DNA from: Eutreptiella sp. 'Long Island Sound 2002'
Taxonomy: Eukaryota > Protista > Euglenida
DNA: 64,000 bases
Reading direction: 5' to 3'
Assembly (NCBI GenBank): GCA_964036045.1
Contig: OZ038378.1
Span: 16,802,001-16,866,000 of the forward strand
The position numbers and the translations under genes are program-made. The notes below the pieces were generated by a model. The model had not been told where the DNA came from and ran no database searches. It saw only the letters and a program-made list of their open reading frames with translations. The first letter of the stretch is position 1; each line of letters begins with the position of its first letter. Below, one piece after another: positions 1 through 12,149 of the stretch.

Positions 1-1420
1 GGGGATTGTCGGCACAAACAGCCCCCCACACCCTCCCGCATACCTCTTCCCAGCCCCCCCCCCCCCGATTCCATACCATAACACACGTATTGGAGGGGGC
101 GGGCGTGCAACACGGCAGGGGGAAGGCCACCGGTCGCCACAGATTCATCGAGGCACCAACGGAGCACCGCAGTTGCAAAGCAAGCGGCCTCGATCGTCAG
201 CAGTTCCCACCCCCAGCCCCGTCGAAGGGTATGCAAATGATGCATGGCCGGCCGGTGAGCAGTGTTGCCAGGGACGCCATTGTGCTCCCCCTAGGCATCC
301 TGTGTGCCTTTATATTGGCCACCAAACACACATCCAAACCCCCTCCGCAATACACCCATTAATAACCCCCCCGCCGCCCCCAATCCACCCATTCCTCCCC
401 CATAACTATATGGCAAACCCCCTTGAGCTGCGCCAACCTCCAGCGCAAAATATGGCGCGACAGCTTGGAACTTGCATAGTACTGTGCCATGCATTGTGGG
501 GCCTGCATAAGGGTCCCCACGGAGTCCCCTCGCTCGGTGCTTGCTCGGCGGACGCTACTCAACTGTTTGCCTAACTTTCTAACTGTCTGTGGACATTAAT
601 CAACTCCTTGCGGATCCGGCGGAAGTGTTGGTGGACATCACTCACGACTCACACCTGCAAGATAACCCTTGACGGGTGACCTTGATTATGGGGTGTCCGG
701 TGTGCAACTGTTGGGGGGCAACGCCAGCTTTCGGTAGACGCTACTCAGCTGTCCGCATGTGCGGCCTGACTCTCGGTGGAGGTTTCTCGACTGTTCGCGG
801 TGCAGCACATACCAGCCCCCTACCCCCCAATACCCATCCGCCCCAGAATACCTCTGGGGATGGGGAAGGGAGAAATTGGGGGGGGGGGGGGGGGCACTAG
901 CATCCACCTCCCTGCTGGCCTAGTCCCTGCCAACATTGTTCCCCGTTGCCGACATCTCCCAGAGCGGAGACCGTAGCGACCGTGCATTTCTGTACGGCGG
1001 AACCTCCTCGGCCTTGTCCACGTGCTTCACAAAGGCGTCGGGTCCACTGTGTCGTGCGTATCAGTGCGTGTCAAGACTAGACACAAGGATTGTCAAGCCG
1101 ATCGTGCGGACTAGGCTCATACAGCGTGCAATTTGCTTCCACAGAGCGCCCGATTCAGAGGCCGCAACCGTTCTGATGTACAAAGGGGACCCCCATGACC
1201 CCCAAACTGTGGACATTGGAGGGGACGGGCCCGACTGGCCTGCATCACCAACCACGCGATGCTCGCCTGTCTGACAACATACATCGGTCCTGACCAGAGG
1301 TGCAGCAGGACCCAGGCTGACACACCCACATCAGAACAGAGCGGTTCTTGAAGGAGAAAACAACAACAAAGGCCAATGCGTGTCAGTGCAAAGGGCGTGC
1401 AGCAACACACAACAAAATGC

Positions 1421-1600
1421 CCCCCCCCCCCCGCCCCCGGTGTGACATTCCATCGGGTTGCAGTTTCTTGACGGGGCCCTGGACAGTCACCCCTTCTTCC
1501 CTTTGCGTGCTGCGTCGGGTCAATGCCTTCTGACGGCCACTGCGGCCTGTGTTCCTTGTGGTGTCGTTTCGGTGTTAGCGGAGCCCAGTAGTCGGCGTGC
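1421..1600. repeat. Interspersed repeat with poly-C end
   Basis: Poly-C followed by cggtgtgacattcc...gacagtcaccccttcttccc; it lies within an intron or downstream region and has no coding role in the assembled gene. Confidence 0.35.
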
Positions 1601-2524
1601 TGGGGTTGTGCTGGTTGTCGCGGGGGTCGTTTTACGGTTTTTGCTGCCCACTCCCCTCCACATCCAGGTCGTCCACCACATGCCATGCCACGTTTCGGTG
1701 TGCGTAAGGCCCCTCCGCGTGTTGTCCTGGTTGTCCGCCACCTGCCTCCCGCCCAATTTCTCCCTCTCCTGTGCGTAGTGCACGGGGGTATTGCGCGCAC
1801 CTTCATGGTTTCCGCGGGTGTCGTGTGCACCTCCGCGGGTGGCGCGTGCTCTTTTGTGATTGACGCGGGTGTCGTGCGCGCCTCTGTGGTGGCAAGGGTA
1901 GTTTGCGCTGCGCTGTGCCCGCGCCGTTGTCCTTGGTTCTTCCCACCCCGGTTTTGTCGGAGGCTCCTTCCTTCCCTTTCCTGGCCAACCAGACCTTTCC
2001 ACACGACGCCTTAGGGGCCCCAGTGGTGGCCCACTGCCCTCCCCCCCCCGTAGTGATAATTTCCAAAAAGGCACGCTACCACCCAAACTTGTCACTGAAC
2101 ACAGGACCAGCACAATTGCCTATCCCCTCTTCCCCCTTCACTGGGTCTCCATGCCCCCCATCGCCGCTGAGGTCGCAAGCCCCCCCCCGCCCCTGCCCCC
2201 GCCCCCGCCCTCAACCCTCAACCCAGTGGTGGTCGTGAAAGGCGGACTTTAAGGCGGGGATTTCTGACGCTCATACATATTCGGCACACTGCGACACGAC
2301 ACAAAAAAATGCGAAGCGTTGGCAGTCGGTGGCCCCTGTAATGCGACCTGAAGTACACTTCACACAATATCGCATGTCCATATCTGTCCAAATAATGGGT
2401 CCTGTGTTCCCTCTATGCCCGATAGCGCGGCGCTCCGTGGGGGAGCTATACCCAAGCCCTCAAATGTCGACAGAAGTGTGCACACCGCCGGACAATCGAC
2501 AACAGCAAAAATAAGGGTGCATAC

Positions 2525-5500
2525 TTGGATCGTAATATTTTTCGCTGCCAGATCAGCACTTGGGATAATTTGCGGCTTGTCAGAAGCGGCAGTGCATGTG
2601 AAGATGTGGCCATCCTCCCTGCAGCGGTGCAGCGCATGTGATGTATGTTTGCAAGTGTATGCCCTGATGCATGTGCATGTGCAGACATATGTGTTTGGGC
2701 GAACACGTCGGTGTATGCGTATGCGCGTACCTGGGCAAGCACCAGCAGTATCTTGGCGGTCACAAACTGCTCCGAGCCAATGCCTATTGGAGGTGCTGGT
2801 GCTAGTGCTGGAACTGGCACTGGTAATGCTGCTGGCTGGTCTTGGTACCAGTGCTAGTGGTGGTGGTGGTGGTGGTGCTGTTCTTACCATTTACGTCGGT
2901 GTTCGATTCTTTGTTTCAAGAGTCCCTGCATTTATCAGTCACACGGGGCAGCAACAGAATCCATGCTGCCTTTCTCTGTATTGGACCAGAATGTTGGTCT
3001 GTTTTTAATCAAAGGGTTCTCTTGAGCATATGTCCTCCACGCAAGACTGAGGGCAGTCGAGCAGTCGGCTCGTGTTTTACAGGGCTTTCTAAGAGCTTAG
3101 ATCGATTTGCAGGGGGTTCTATTTGATTGAGCAGGCAGCTGTTCCGGTGGAGCACACATACGCAAGGAGTTGCGCCAGGTACGCTGAGCTCGATCCGCCC
3201 ACCAGGCTCACTGCAACCTTGGGACACGAGTTCCCAAACATCCCCTGGATCTCATACATATTGTCCGCGCACACATCTAACCCCATTTGCTTCAATTTCT
3301 CCAACTGCATTGCTTGATGGGGACCACTGCAAAGAAACAGAAAAGACACAGGGCACTGAGCAAATGGCTGAGCACCATTGGGTCTGACACCAATTCCCTT
3401 GTCTCCTTCCTTGACAAAAATATGTGGGGGGTATATTGAATACCCTCTGGCATGAAAGGTTGTAGCCTAGTAGCCTGAAATATGAAGAATGCCCCTTTGC
3501 AAAACACTATGACCTTTGGTTCGGGCTTTGATCTGGGCTTTCCAGCTGGCAACTACGGCGGAGGAACCTTATTGTCCAAATCCCTGAATTCAATTCTTGA
3601 CAATTGTTGGGATATCAAGTTTCTGACAGCAAGTCATGTAAGCGTCATGCAGCCACTGCATCATGAGCAGCATGAGTTATGCAGGAGGTGCACCGCCGCC
3701 AACGAGTAACGCCTCAAACCATGGTGTGTAGTAGGTCTCAAACCCCTAACATTGTAATTAACGCAAATAGGATCCACACAGGAAATGGTTGTTTGCCAGA
3801 GATAGCAAGAAATAGCAGCCATGAAAATTGGAATCCGCTTAGGAATATGTCACAAGCCACCTCCTGAAGTGGACATGAAGCTCAAGCCAAAAGCCCTCAG
3901 CTTCAATGGCTGTGTGGCGCCCTAGAGGGGGGGGATTGGGGATGTTGTGACAGCATACCCATTGTGGGGCAAAGGGGCAAATTTTACAGCCTCTTGTCTT
4001 TATCTTACCTTTATGCGTTTTTCAGCCTTTTTGGCCATTGGGGCTGGGGGTATGAGGGCCTGCTTGTGCAGTTTTCAGCATACTCCAAGTCTCGGAGAAT
4101 GTCTTAAGTCTCAGCAACGCGTTGCCCGTTGTTGCTACGTGACAGCACAAGCTGCGAAGCTGCGGTTCTCCGTCATAAGGGGCCGGAGCAGCTCCATTGC
4201 GCCAAGATGTGTTTTTTTGTTTTGCGTTGTGGGCCCCAAATATTTCCCTAGATGTTCATGGCGCCTGCCATTGGTTGCTATCGTGACGCTCTGGGAGTCA
4301 TCAAAAACAACATCGTTTGTTTGCAGCATCTCCCCTCCTCCACCTCCTACCCAATTGTGTCCCATTCTCAGGCCAATTCAGACACCTGCATGACACCTGG
4401 CCTGACTCCTTTGGTGCCCAAACCCCCGCTCCCCTGGAACATCCCTCATGCGCCTGTTGCAAGAGCCTCCCGGGGATGAAGAATTTGGGCAGGGGGCATT
4501 GCAGGGGTTTTGCGTGTGTCTGGTTCAGTGCAACCAACTTCGATGGGACCTATGAAACTGCATACGGTCGTTCTTGGTCGTCTTACATAGAACGACGAGA
4601 ACAACATTAGCGAAATTGTAGATTGACATCGGTTCAGTCACAACCGCCGTTGGTGCCGTGGGCAACCAGAATGGCCACCAATGATGACTTGCTCCTGAGC
4701 ACGAAAAATGCACTGCGAATCCTGATGATGGTTTACTTTGCTCATAGTGCTGTTTGATACTGATTTGAGCTTGGCATAAGATAAAAGATCATGCTGGTTA
4801 TCACTAACCTAACCTGATGTCAAGGGGCCCTGTCGCCTTTATAGCCAATATGCCTCGTGCGGACCAACCCCCTTGAACTCCAGTCAGACATTCCAGCTCG
4901 CATGCCGCACTTACCCACATTGTGTGTCGGAGAACACACTTCTGTCAAACACGGAAATACTCTGCTGCCGGCCCTCGGCAACCCCCGGCCCCTCAGGCTT
5001 CACCCCACCCACCCCTCAGCGGCAGAAAAAGATTAAAAAAGAAAAGAAAGCCTCGTGAGAACGCGGCCCACTGGTGTGTGGGATGCCGTTCGCAACTGAA
5101 ACTGGAAGCCCAGCTCATGGCGGACCTCCTGCTGTGGGCGGTGGGCCTCCGTTGGGTGCCGGGTGTGGGGCAGGCAAACTACGTGGAGCTGGCCCTGAAC
5201 TTCAAAGCCCACGCGAGCACGGCCCTGCCGGTGGTACCATCCAGCAGACCAGCTTGCCGTCAGTCTTTGCACCATGCAACGTGCGCTGACGTGATGCTGT
5301 GGTGCTGTAGAACTGTTTTTCGTTCATTGACCATTTACTGTATCTCAATTGACTGTATCTCAATTGTACGTGTTTGTGCTCCACGGCATAATGGCCATGT
5401 GGAGAGCGTTCAGCACAGCATTTTGCCACCGTTTACGGACAAATGCTCTCCTTGCGCGGCCGGGGGCAGGTGCTCAAATTGACGGTCAACAAGCTAAAGG

Positions 5501-7454
5501 AGCACTTGCAGCCGGCGTACGTTTGTGGCTGGCCCACGTATTTCGGTCCCTAGCGCCTCTTTGTTGGCCCGGTGTGGTCCCTGAAATGCTGCAACACGTC
5601 CGGGTTCAACCCTTTCAGCCCACGAAGCAACGCCACAAACCGGTTGACTATACCCACTGCGTGGATGCCACGAGACTTGGCCATTTGCAGAACGGAAGCC
5701 CCAATCAAGCCGTTTGCCCCACTGAGCACCATGTGGTCGCCTGCACAGGTAGATAGGGAAACGAGCACCATAGCACACACCACAAGGCAGCCAGCACCTT
5801 GCAACACTCCCCTGACGGGCATAAACGGGGGTGGGAATAAAGGGCACAGGGGAGCACGAAGCCACGCTTGAGACTTGTGGGCGAACTGGAGAAAAACACA
5901 GCCATCAACGTGGAAGAAAACCCCCCGCTGTGCACACGCCATTGGGCAAGCGACTAGGATTCCACAGAGTGTGGATACCATTCCCTCTTGTAAGGACAAC
6001 CGGTGACGTACATTGCCAACACTCGACGAAAATCGCAACATAAATGATAATTTGACGTGCGTTGTGACTACTCCACATTCCACTGTTTCAAAATAAGGCA
6101 TGAGGCATGTGCATCCCAACCCTCAACGCAAATTGCTCACTGGAGGTTCAATTTGCAAAGCCAAGCAGACGATGTGCACACCACGAACGGCGGACTTATA
6201 TCGACTGCTGTTCAGACTGAGGGTGTGCCCCAAGACCTGGCGTTGGCTATCGTTGTGATGGGTGGTGTGAGGGTTGGGGTTATACCGATCGTGCGTAATT
6301 GGATCCATACATGCGGTTGTTGCCTTGGTATGTTGGTGGAGCCGTGGGTCATAGGTTCCACTTGCTTGGAAACCATGGACATTCGGCACAACAAGACCGG
6401 CAAGGGGCAAGCAAGTGAGAAGGTCCGTAGCGAGTCGTGCACATCATGAGCTGTCGTGTCAAATACATAACGCAAGGCACCGGTGCACCAGATCAATGAT
6501 GCATGCTAATAGCGTGCGTAGTTTCGGGTCGAGATTGCGTGGGTAGTTCCATGTGGGGGTCGGTTCGAAGAGTTCGCGAGGAGTGGGACTTCGGCGGTGT
6601 GCCCGTGAAGGGCGCTGCGGGAAGGGGTAGGATCCAGCCTTGAACAGCGTGACACGAGGTATGTGGCTATTCGACCTGCTTTTAAGCCCGAAGCTTGGAG
6701 GATGCGATATGCCACCATGGGACCAACGACAAACGTGGATGCATATTCCACGGGGATGGAGGACGGGACTTTAATCAACGTCGCTTCGTCTGCCGCCACA
6801 TATGAAGCCCAACAACCTACACAAGAAAAGCAGAAAGATTTCGGCGCCTTTTGCCCTCATTTGTCGTGGCAACAAAATCTTGGAGTGCATTTGCGGGATG
6901 ATGTGCTGCGTGCAAGCATATGCCTCAGCGGTTCACACCATTCGATATGTAACCGAGACCTGTTGGCGCAGCAATAATTGCGTGATCTCCCTCTTTGAAC
7001 TTTCCCTTGTCTTCGGTAACGATGCCAACTCCAGAAACACCGGCGACGCTCGGAAGTGGTGGCGAACCATAGAGACCACCGATCTACAAAACGTAATCAA
7101 AGAGACTTTACGCCACGCACCCCGTGTGTACAGTACGATCTGGAAGTTGGGATCGTCACAAAAACGTTTGATGCGTTTGATATGATATGATAAACGTGTA
7201 AACGGCAAACATGCAAACCATACTTGATCCGTGTCAAATTGAGTAACCGCCGCCGCTTGCATGCGGAGTAACACATCAGCGGCTGATTTTTTTGTTTGAA
7301 AATTCTCCAGCCTGGAAAAGTGCCGTAAAATGAGGTTGCGAACTGCATGATAAGAAGTATTGCCTGCTTGCTCGAACACATACCTCAGAGCATTCCGAAA
7401 CGTCCCACCGTGCGAGTGGATCCTCCAACCTTTGTTGAGGACATTGCGCGCCAT
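2525..7454 (-). CDS. Medium-chain dehydrogenase/reductase, mitochondrial trans-2-enoyl-CoA/ACP reductase (MECR/Etr1)-like; spliced, 3' exon(s) not resolved
   Basis: Exons 7454-7384, 7311-7224, 7083-6954 (alternative donor 6960), 6816-6676, 5740-5641, 3326-3162, 2618-2525. All introns are GT-AG and phases agree (789 nt, 263 codons). Product MARNVLNKGWRIHSHGG...IGGLYGSPPLPSVAGVSGVGIV...EGDHAII...GLGCWASY...GDHMVLSGANGLIGASVLQMAKSRGI...KNITIQ shows the GroES-like plus Rossmann MDR layout. Confidence 0.9.
5060..5250 (+). mobile_element. Non-LTR retrotransposon C-terminal remnant (intronic)
   Basis: LRWVPGVGQANYVELALNFKAH resembles the C-terminal region of LINE ORF2; short and without a start codon. 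Confidence 0.35.
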
Positions 7455-7458
7455 GTGA

Positions 7459-7490
7459 CTAAGCGAAACCACGCCAAAAGAAAATAGCCA
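7459..7490 (-). promoter_or_regulatory. Candidate spliced-leader trans-splice acceptor of the MECR-like gene
   Basis: Minus strand reads ttttcttttggcgtggtttcgcttAG|tcacATG: a pyrimidine-rich tract and an AG 4 nt before the start codon. Trans-splicing is an inference from the presumed taxon. Confidence 0.45.
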
Positions 7491-8472
7491 AGGAAGCCAG
7501 CACCCATGCACCCACTCTTGTTCAAGCAATTTTCAATTTACCACGGAGCGAAGCACCAAAAATGAGACGTTCCACCTCCAATGTTTTCAAGCGGGCAAAG
7601 CGCACAAATGTATTTCAGACAATGTTACGGTCCACGTTTGCTTTCTAATTCAATTTCGTATTTCCCCCCATAATGGACTTGTGTTTGTTGCCGCGTCCAA
7701 ATTCAACACACATCGCCCTTTGTATTCCTTCATGGCCTCACCGCTAACCCAACCATATGGCCGTTTCTCATCAAGAGTGACCGCGGCCTTTTCAAAACAT
7801 GTCCGAGACCAACCGGCCTTCCCGAGGGTGGTAAAATAACCCCCGAGGTCGATTCACCCAAAGTACTCGTTGCGAAACGTTTTCAAATCTTGAAGATTTG
7901 ACATTTTGGGCGGTATCTTTTTCAACCACAACCCAAATGCTCCCTGAGAGCCCCCTCAAATCAAGGGCATGAAATTGGGTAATCATACTTTTGTGGGGGT
8001 ACGGTATACGATGTACGGTATTGGACCTAGCCATATTCTACCGTTTCTTGACCTTGCGGGTTTTCCATGCAATTTGGGCATTGTGCCTTATTTCAACACC
8101 AAGGGAGGTTAGGGATCGTAGTGGGGATGTAGCAGTTTAGGTAGGAAGCCCTCATTTAGTGATTTAGCCACCCCTGAGGCCCATGCCCAACCATGGAGGC
8201 ACCTCATGCTTGTATCGCTAGAAAGGGCGGCTTAGACAACAAGTTTTGACAACATCGCTTGAAAATTGCCGGAAACAATTGCAAAAATGCTAGAACGGCG
8301 AACCAAATACGTGCAGGGCAAGAATATGGCTGGGAACAATACAAAAGGTGGACAATAATGGGGACAATGTTGGTACGGGGCATTGAGTTCATTGGTAATT
8401 CTTGTGCCTCACACGGCGACTCATGCGCGCACAACAATGGGTACTTTACTTTTTCCGATTTTTGAACTGAGA

Positions 8473-8498
8473 TGTGTGTGTGTGTGTGTGTGTGTGTG
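8473..8498. repeat. (GT)n microsatellite
   Basis: Direct reading. Confidence 0.95.
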
Positions 8499-9504
8499 GT
8501 TGTACCATTTTTACCAGGTCTCCCGGTTGAGCCCGTATAGGCCGTGAGCCCGTGAGAAACAATTCTTGGAGCGTATGCAGCGACCGTACCCCTCGCATTT
8601 GCGTGTTGGCATTGAACATTTCAACAAGGAAACAAACATCCCTTTCATGGACCTACTCATTGTGAGGCTTCACCCTTTGAAGACTAGTGTTTATTTCAAA
8701 CCCACCCACACATGTTCCTACATTCCGTGGAACTCAAACACGCCACGGCATGTGAAAGTGGGATGGATTACGGCAGAATGCATTAGATTTTTGAGGTTAT
8801 GTTCCCATGAAGAGTATTTTTGGATGTGTTGGCGAAGGTTGAAAAGTGCACTTGTACGTTTTCGTTACCCGCATCATGTTTATGCCAAACCTCCACGCAT
8901 GTGGGCGGATCGTGATCACTACTTGAAGCCCAAGGCGCGCACTACGGAGGTGGTGCATGTGGTACGTGTGCCATTCCATGCATCTATGCCTATCCCATGG
9001 ACTGCCTTGTTCACACCCATAAGGAGCAAGTTCAAGAAAGCAATCCCTGACCTGCAGGTGCGTGTTACATTGAAGCCGTCGCCTAATCTACGCTTGTTGT
9101 TCCACTCGCGCCGAATGCATGCGCTTCGTCGTGAGGACTAGTGCACACGTGACTGAATTTTCAATCTGACAATTTAGCCGGACCTAATGGTACAGTTCGA
9201 TGCCATTTTTCGCGAATCGGCCATTTATATGGCCCATTAATCGTCATTTTCGCAGATTCTATATTATCTTTGTGCTGCACATGTGACCTGCGACAGGCGC
9301 CGCGACGCGCACACGACAGCAGAAGCGGCAGCGAAAAAATGCAGCTCCACAAGCCTGTCTTTGACAGACTGTGGCACACCGTCAAGTCCGTACCCAATCC
9401 TAATGAGAATTCCAATTTTGGAATATTTTCATGTTTGGGGGGGGGGGGGTTTCAACCCTAACCCCATATCCATGAATAATATCATTTTTGTGTCCCATAG
9501 GATT

Positions 9505-9550
9505 GTTTTGGCTGAGGAGGACCCTACCTAGGGTCGAAACGCGTACTTGA
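9505..9550 (+). ncRNA. Hammerhead ribozyme motif, minimal type I, PLE-associated
   Basis: CTGAGGA (9512-9518), one extra G, stem II GACCCT-acct-AGGGTC (9520-9535), GAAA (9536-9539), palindromic stem III ACGCGT (9539-9544), GTA cleavage triplet (9543-9545). Stem I is weak. Confidence 0.6.
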
Positions 9551-9687
9551 CATTGGAAGTTAGTGGACTTTGTTTGACATTCATTGTTGTGAGTGTTGCC
9601 GGGTGCATTTGTCTTGGAACTTAACACAAGTGGAGTTTGGACAATTTTACCCGAGGGTTGCTATATCCGTCGACGAATTTTATCTTT

Positions 9688-9689
<2 letters not shown>

Positions 9690-9718
<29 letters not shown>
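9690..9718. repeat. (GT)n microsatellite
   Basis: Direct reading. Confidence 0.95.
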
Positions 9719-11372
9719 ACGGATACTCAAAATTTGGAGCAAAGCGAATGATGAAAGTTATGGAACATCGCTTGGCTTAGGCTTCAAACAATTGGCTTCA
9801 TTTGCCTCCGGGAGACGGGGAGGGCGCTTGTTGTCGAATGCATCCGTTCGTCTATTGAAGTTTGCGAATTTGGTCAAGTCCCATCTCGGAGAGAATTACC
9901 GCGCTGCCATCGTTGCTTCTCCGTAGAAAAATGCAAACGTGCGGACAACACCCAGTGAAAAGCGGGACTTAATGCCCAAGAGTGTGGTGTAAGTGCCTTG
10001 AATTTGAATTGCACAATGGACTCTTAAGGCGGGGTTTGAGTGGCAAACCCCAATACTCCGAACCCAATTATAATCGCGAACTAACGCGATGTGGATCATC
10101 GGCATCTATCCTCGTCCCCGTGCAAAAATCATCACAAGATGGTGCCAACTGTAGCTCAAAACAACAAACGATGTGATGTGCATGAATAGTGGAAATTGTC
10201 CTTGGAAGTTGATTCCTCCACAAGAGTTCAGGTTCCACACACTACAAAGCTGGGGAACGTAGCCATATCTTCATGGTGTCACGATGAAGGACTGTTGCAA
10301 GCAAGGTCTTGGATTGGTGTGCGATGGAATCCGCCGAAGTTGGTTGCATGAAACCTTTCCGAAGGCTTAGTTGTGGCACAAGTCTGCCGTGGAAATGGTC
10401 TTACTTACTTACTTCAACTCAACTTGTGTCTCTTCTTCTCCTAGTCGTGGAAATGTATCATCCTCAGTAAAGTTTTCATGATCTTGCTTTTTTTAAATCG
10501 CGAGGAAAAATTATCCATTTGACACATGTCGCGCTACCGCAAAGGGAAGGGCTGAGTTATAAGGCTCCATGTGTTGTCGCGGTATCACTCCATGAGTTTG
10601 GTGAGGCCTACTGGCATGAGGGTTGATGTAGTTTATGTAGCTTTTCGCCATTTTTGTTTGGTCGATGTTTTGACAGGGCTACACATCCTTGCAGGGTGGG
10701 ATCGGAGATGTTGCAACACTATACCATCCAAGGATGCAAAAGGATGCAACAATGTATGGCATTTTGTAAAATTTCCTCATCAGATGTAGAATAAGGCTGC
10801 ACTGTCCAGTAAATGGGTTAAGAAATTAGACCCCTCTGCAGAACTTTCAACCCAGTGGTTGACTACAATACCACAGACAATGCATGCGTACTGCGGAGCC
10901 ATCACGTGGAGCGCTCATCGATCCCCTCATACATGACGGAGAGCACTATGGTGTTGCACTACAGGCTTTGTGCTGTTCCATGGGAGACAGCCAATAAGGA
11001 GATACTGATCATCAAACAGATCAGATGTGGGCAGACTTCACACGACCACTGATCAATGACGCAGATGGACCCAAAACTGTGGAGCCATTGGCACATGAAA
11101 TGTTTTGCCAGAACACCAGAATCAGGATGAATGTACTGGTCAGCCCCAAAGCGAAGTCTACATGCCTACACCCGAAATTGGCAGCACCGTCTGGGCAGGG
11201 TGGGGAGGGGCTGAAAGGCCTGGGACTTCTGACTTGATTGGTGCTGAAAACTGTGGCATTGATAGGACTTTGCGTATGTCAGGCAGGTGGGCCAGGAGAA
11301 TGCTTCACACAAGCAAGCGCTGACAAGCCCCCTACAGAGTGGCACCATTGTTAGGATTGGGTCAGTGTCCAG

Positions 11373-11427
11373 TAGGGTTAGGGTTAGGGTTAGAGTTGGG
11401 GTTGGGGTTAGGGTTAGGGTTAGGGTT
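11373..11427 (+). repeat. Interstitial telomeric repeat (TTAGGG)n, partly degenerate
   Basis: tagggttagggttagggttagagttggggttggggttagggttagggttagggtt, about 9 units. Confidence 0.9.
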
Positions 11428-11723
11428 GTTGTGTGGCTTGGCAGAGCTAACAAGAGCTAACAAGAGAGGTTGCTACAGATTCATGATGGTATGAGGTTAG
11501 GTATGGAAGCAGAGGCCAACATCAGCCCGAGGGCTGGAAACCAAACCAGGCCTAAGCCAAAGGTCCTGGCGGGGCTGCTGCTGACACCATCAGCAGTACA
11601 GCTCCAAAACTGTGCAAAAAAAAAAAGAACTGGTAGTTAATTCGGCAGAGCGTCGAGTTTGCTGGGCGTGCCAGCGGGGGCACGCAAAGGCAGAGCGCAT
11701 GAGCCAGCGCCTTGCCTCCGAGC

Positions 11724-11995
11724 CTCCAAGCAATCCATGGTGCATGCACGTGCCCCTCAGCCTGCTTACTGCGCGACTTATGGGGATCGCGTGTCCTTGC
11801 CCATACCCTCCAAGCAATCCATGGTGCATGGACGTGCCCCTCAGCCTGCTTACTGCGCGACTTATGGGGATCACATGTCCTTGCCCACAGCTTCCAAGCA
11901 ATCCATGGTGCATGGACGTGCCCCTCAGCCTGCTTACTGCGCGACTGATGGGGATCACGTGTCCTTGCCCACAGCTTCCAAGCAATCCATGGTGT
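11724..11995. repeat. 84-bp tandem repeat, about 3.2 copies
   Basis: ccaagcaatccatggtg recurs at about 11726, 11810, 11894 and 11978. Confidence 0.95.
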
Positions 11996-12149
11996 ATGTC
12001 AGACCTTGCACCAAGTCCCCTGTGAAGCCCAGTTTCTAATGCACTGTATGTTGTGCACACCAAGATGTGCCATTAAGCGACCTTGAGAGAAAGACCTAAC
12101 ATGTGCAAATTCAGCTTGTGTGTCGCTGTCCAACATGGAACACCCAATA

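Larger units (their letters stand above)
8260..9560 (+). mobile_element. Penelope-like element fragment (RT C-terminus/thumb), no GIY-YIG seen
   Basis: ORF 8566-9141 has PFMDLLI...KTSVYFKPTHTCSYIPWNSNTPRHVK...IRFLRLCSHEEYF...RFRYP, the typical PLE thumb region. Upstream NNGYFTF (about 8430-8455) fits PLE RT and is separated from it by a (GT)n tract. Confidence 0.8.

Noticed and set aside
900-1345. Candidate terminal MECR exons (for example NRSVLMWV from about 1338 and GPDAFVKHVDKAEE near 1045)
   Set aside because: No combination gave a phase-consistent, MDR-like C-terminus; left unresolved.
6933-7529. ORF first read as an inverted Penelope RT N-terminus (twin-priming inversion)
   Set aside because: It resolves into MECR-like exons 1-3 with in-frame or frame-shifting introns, so the inversion model was dropped.
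7792-8034. Minus ORF with WVVVEKD
   Set aside because: Only a faint PLE resemblance; no assignable motif.
11724-11995. CRISPR-like array
   Set aside because: Contiguous tandem units with no unique spacers, in a eukaryotic context with no cas genes.
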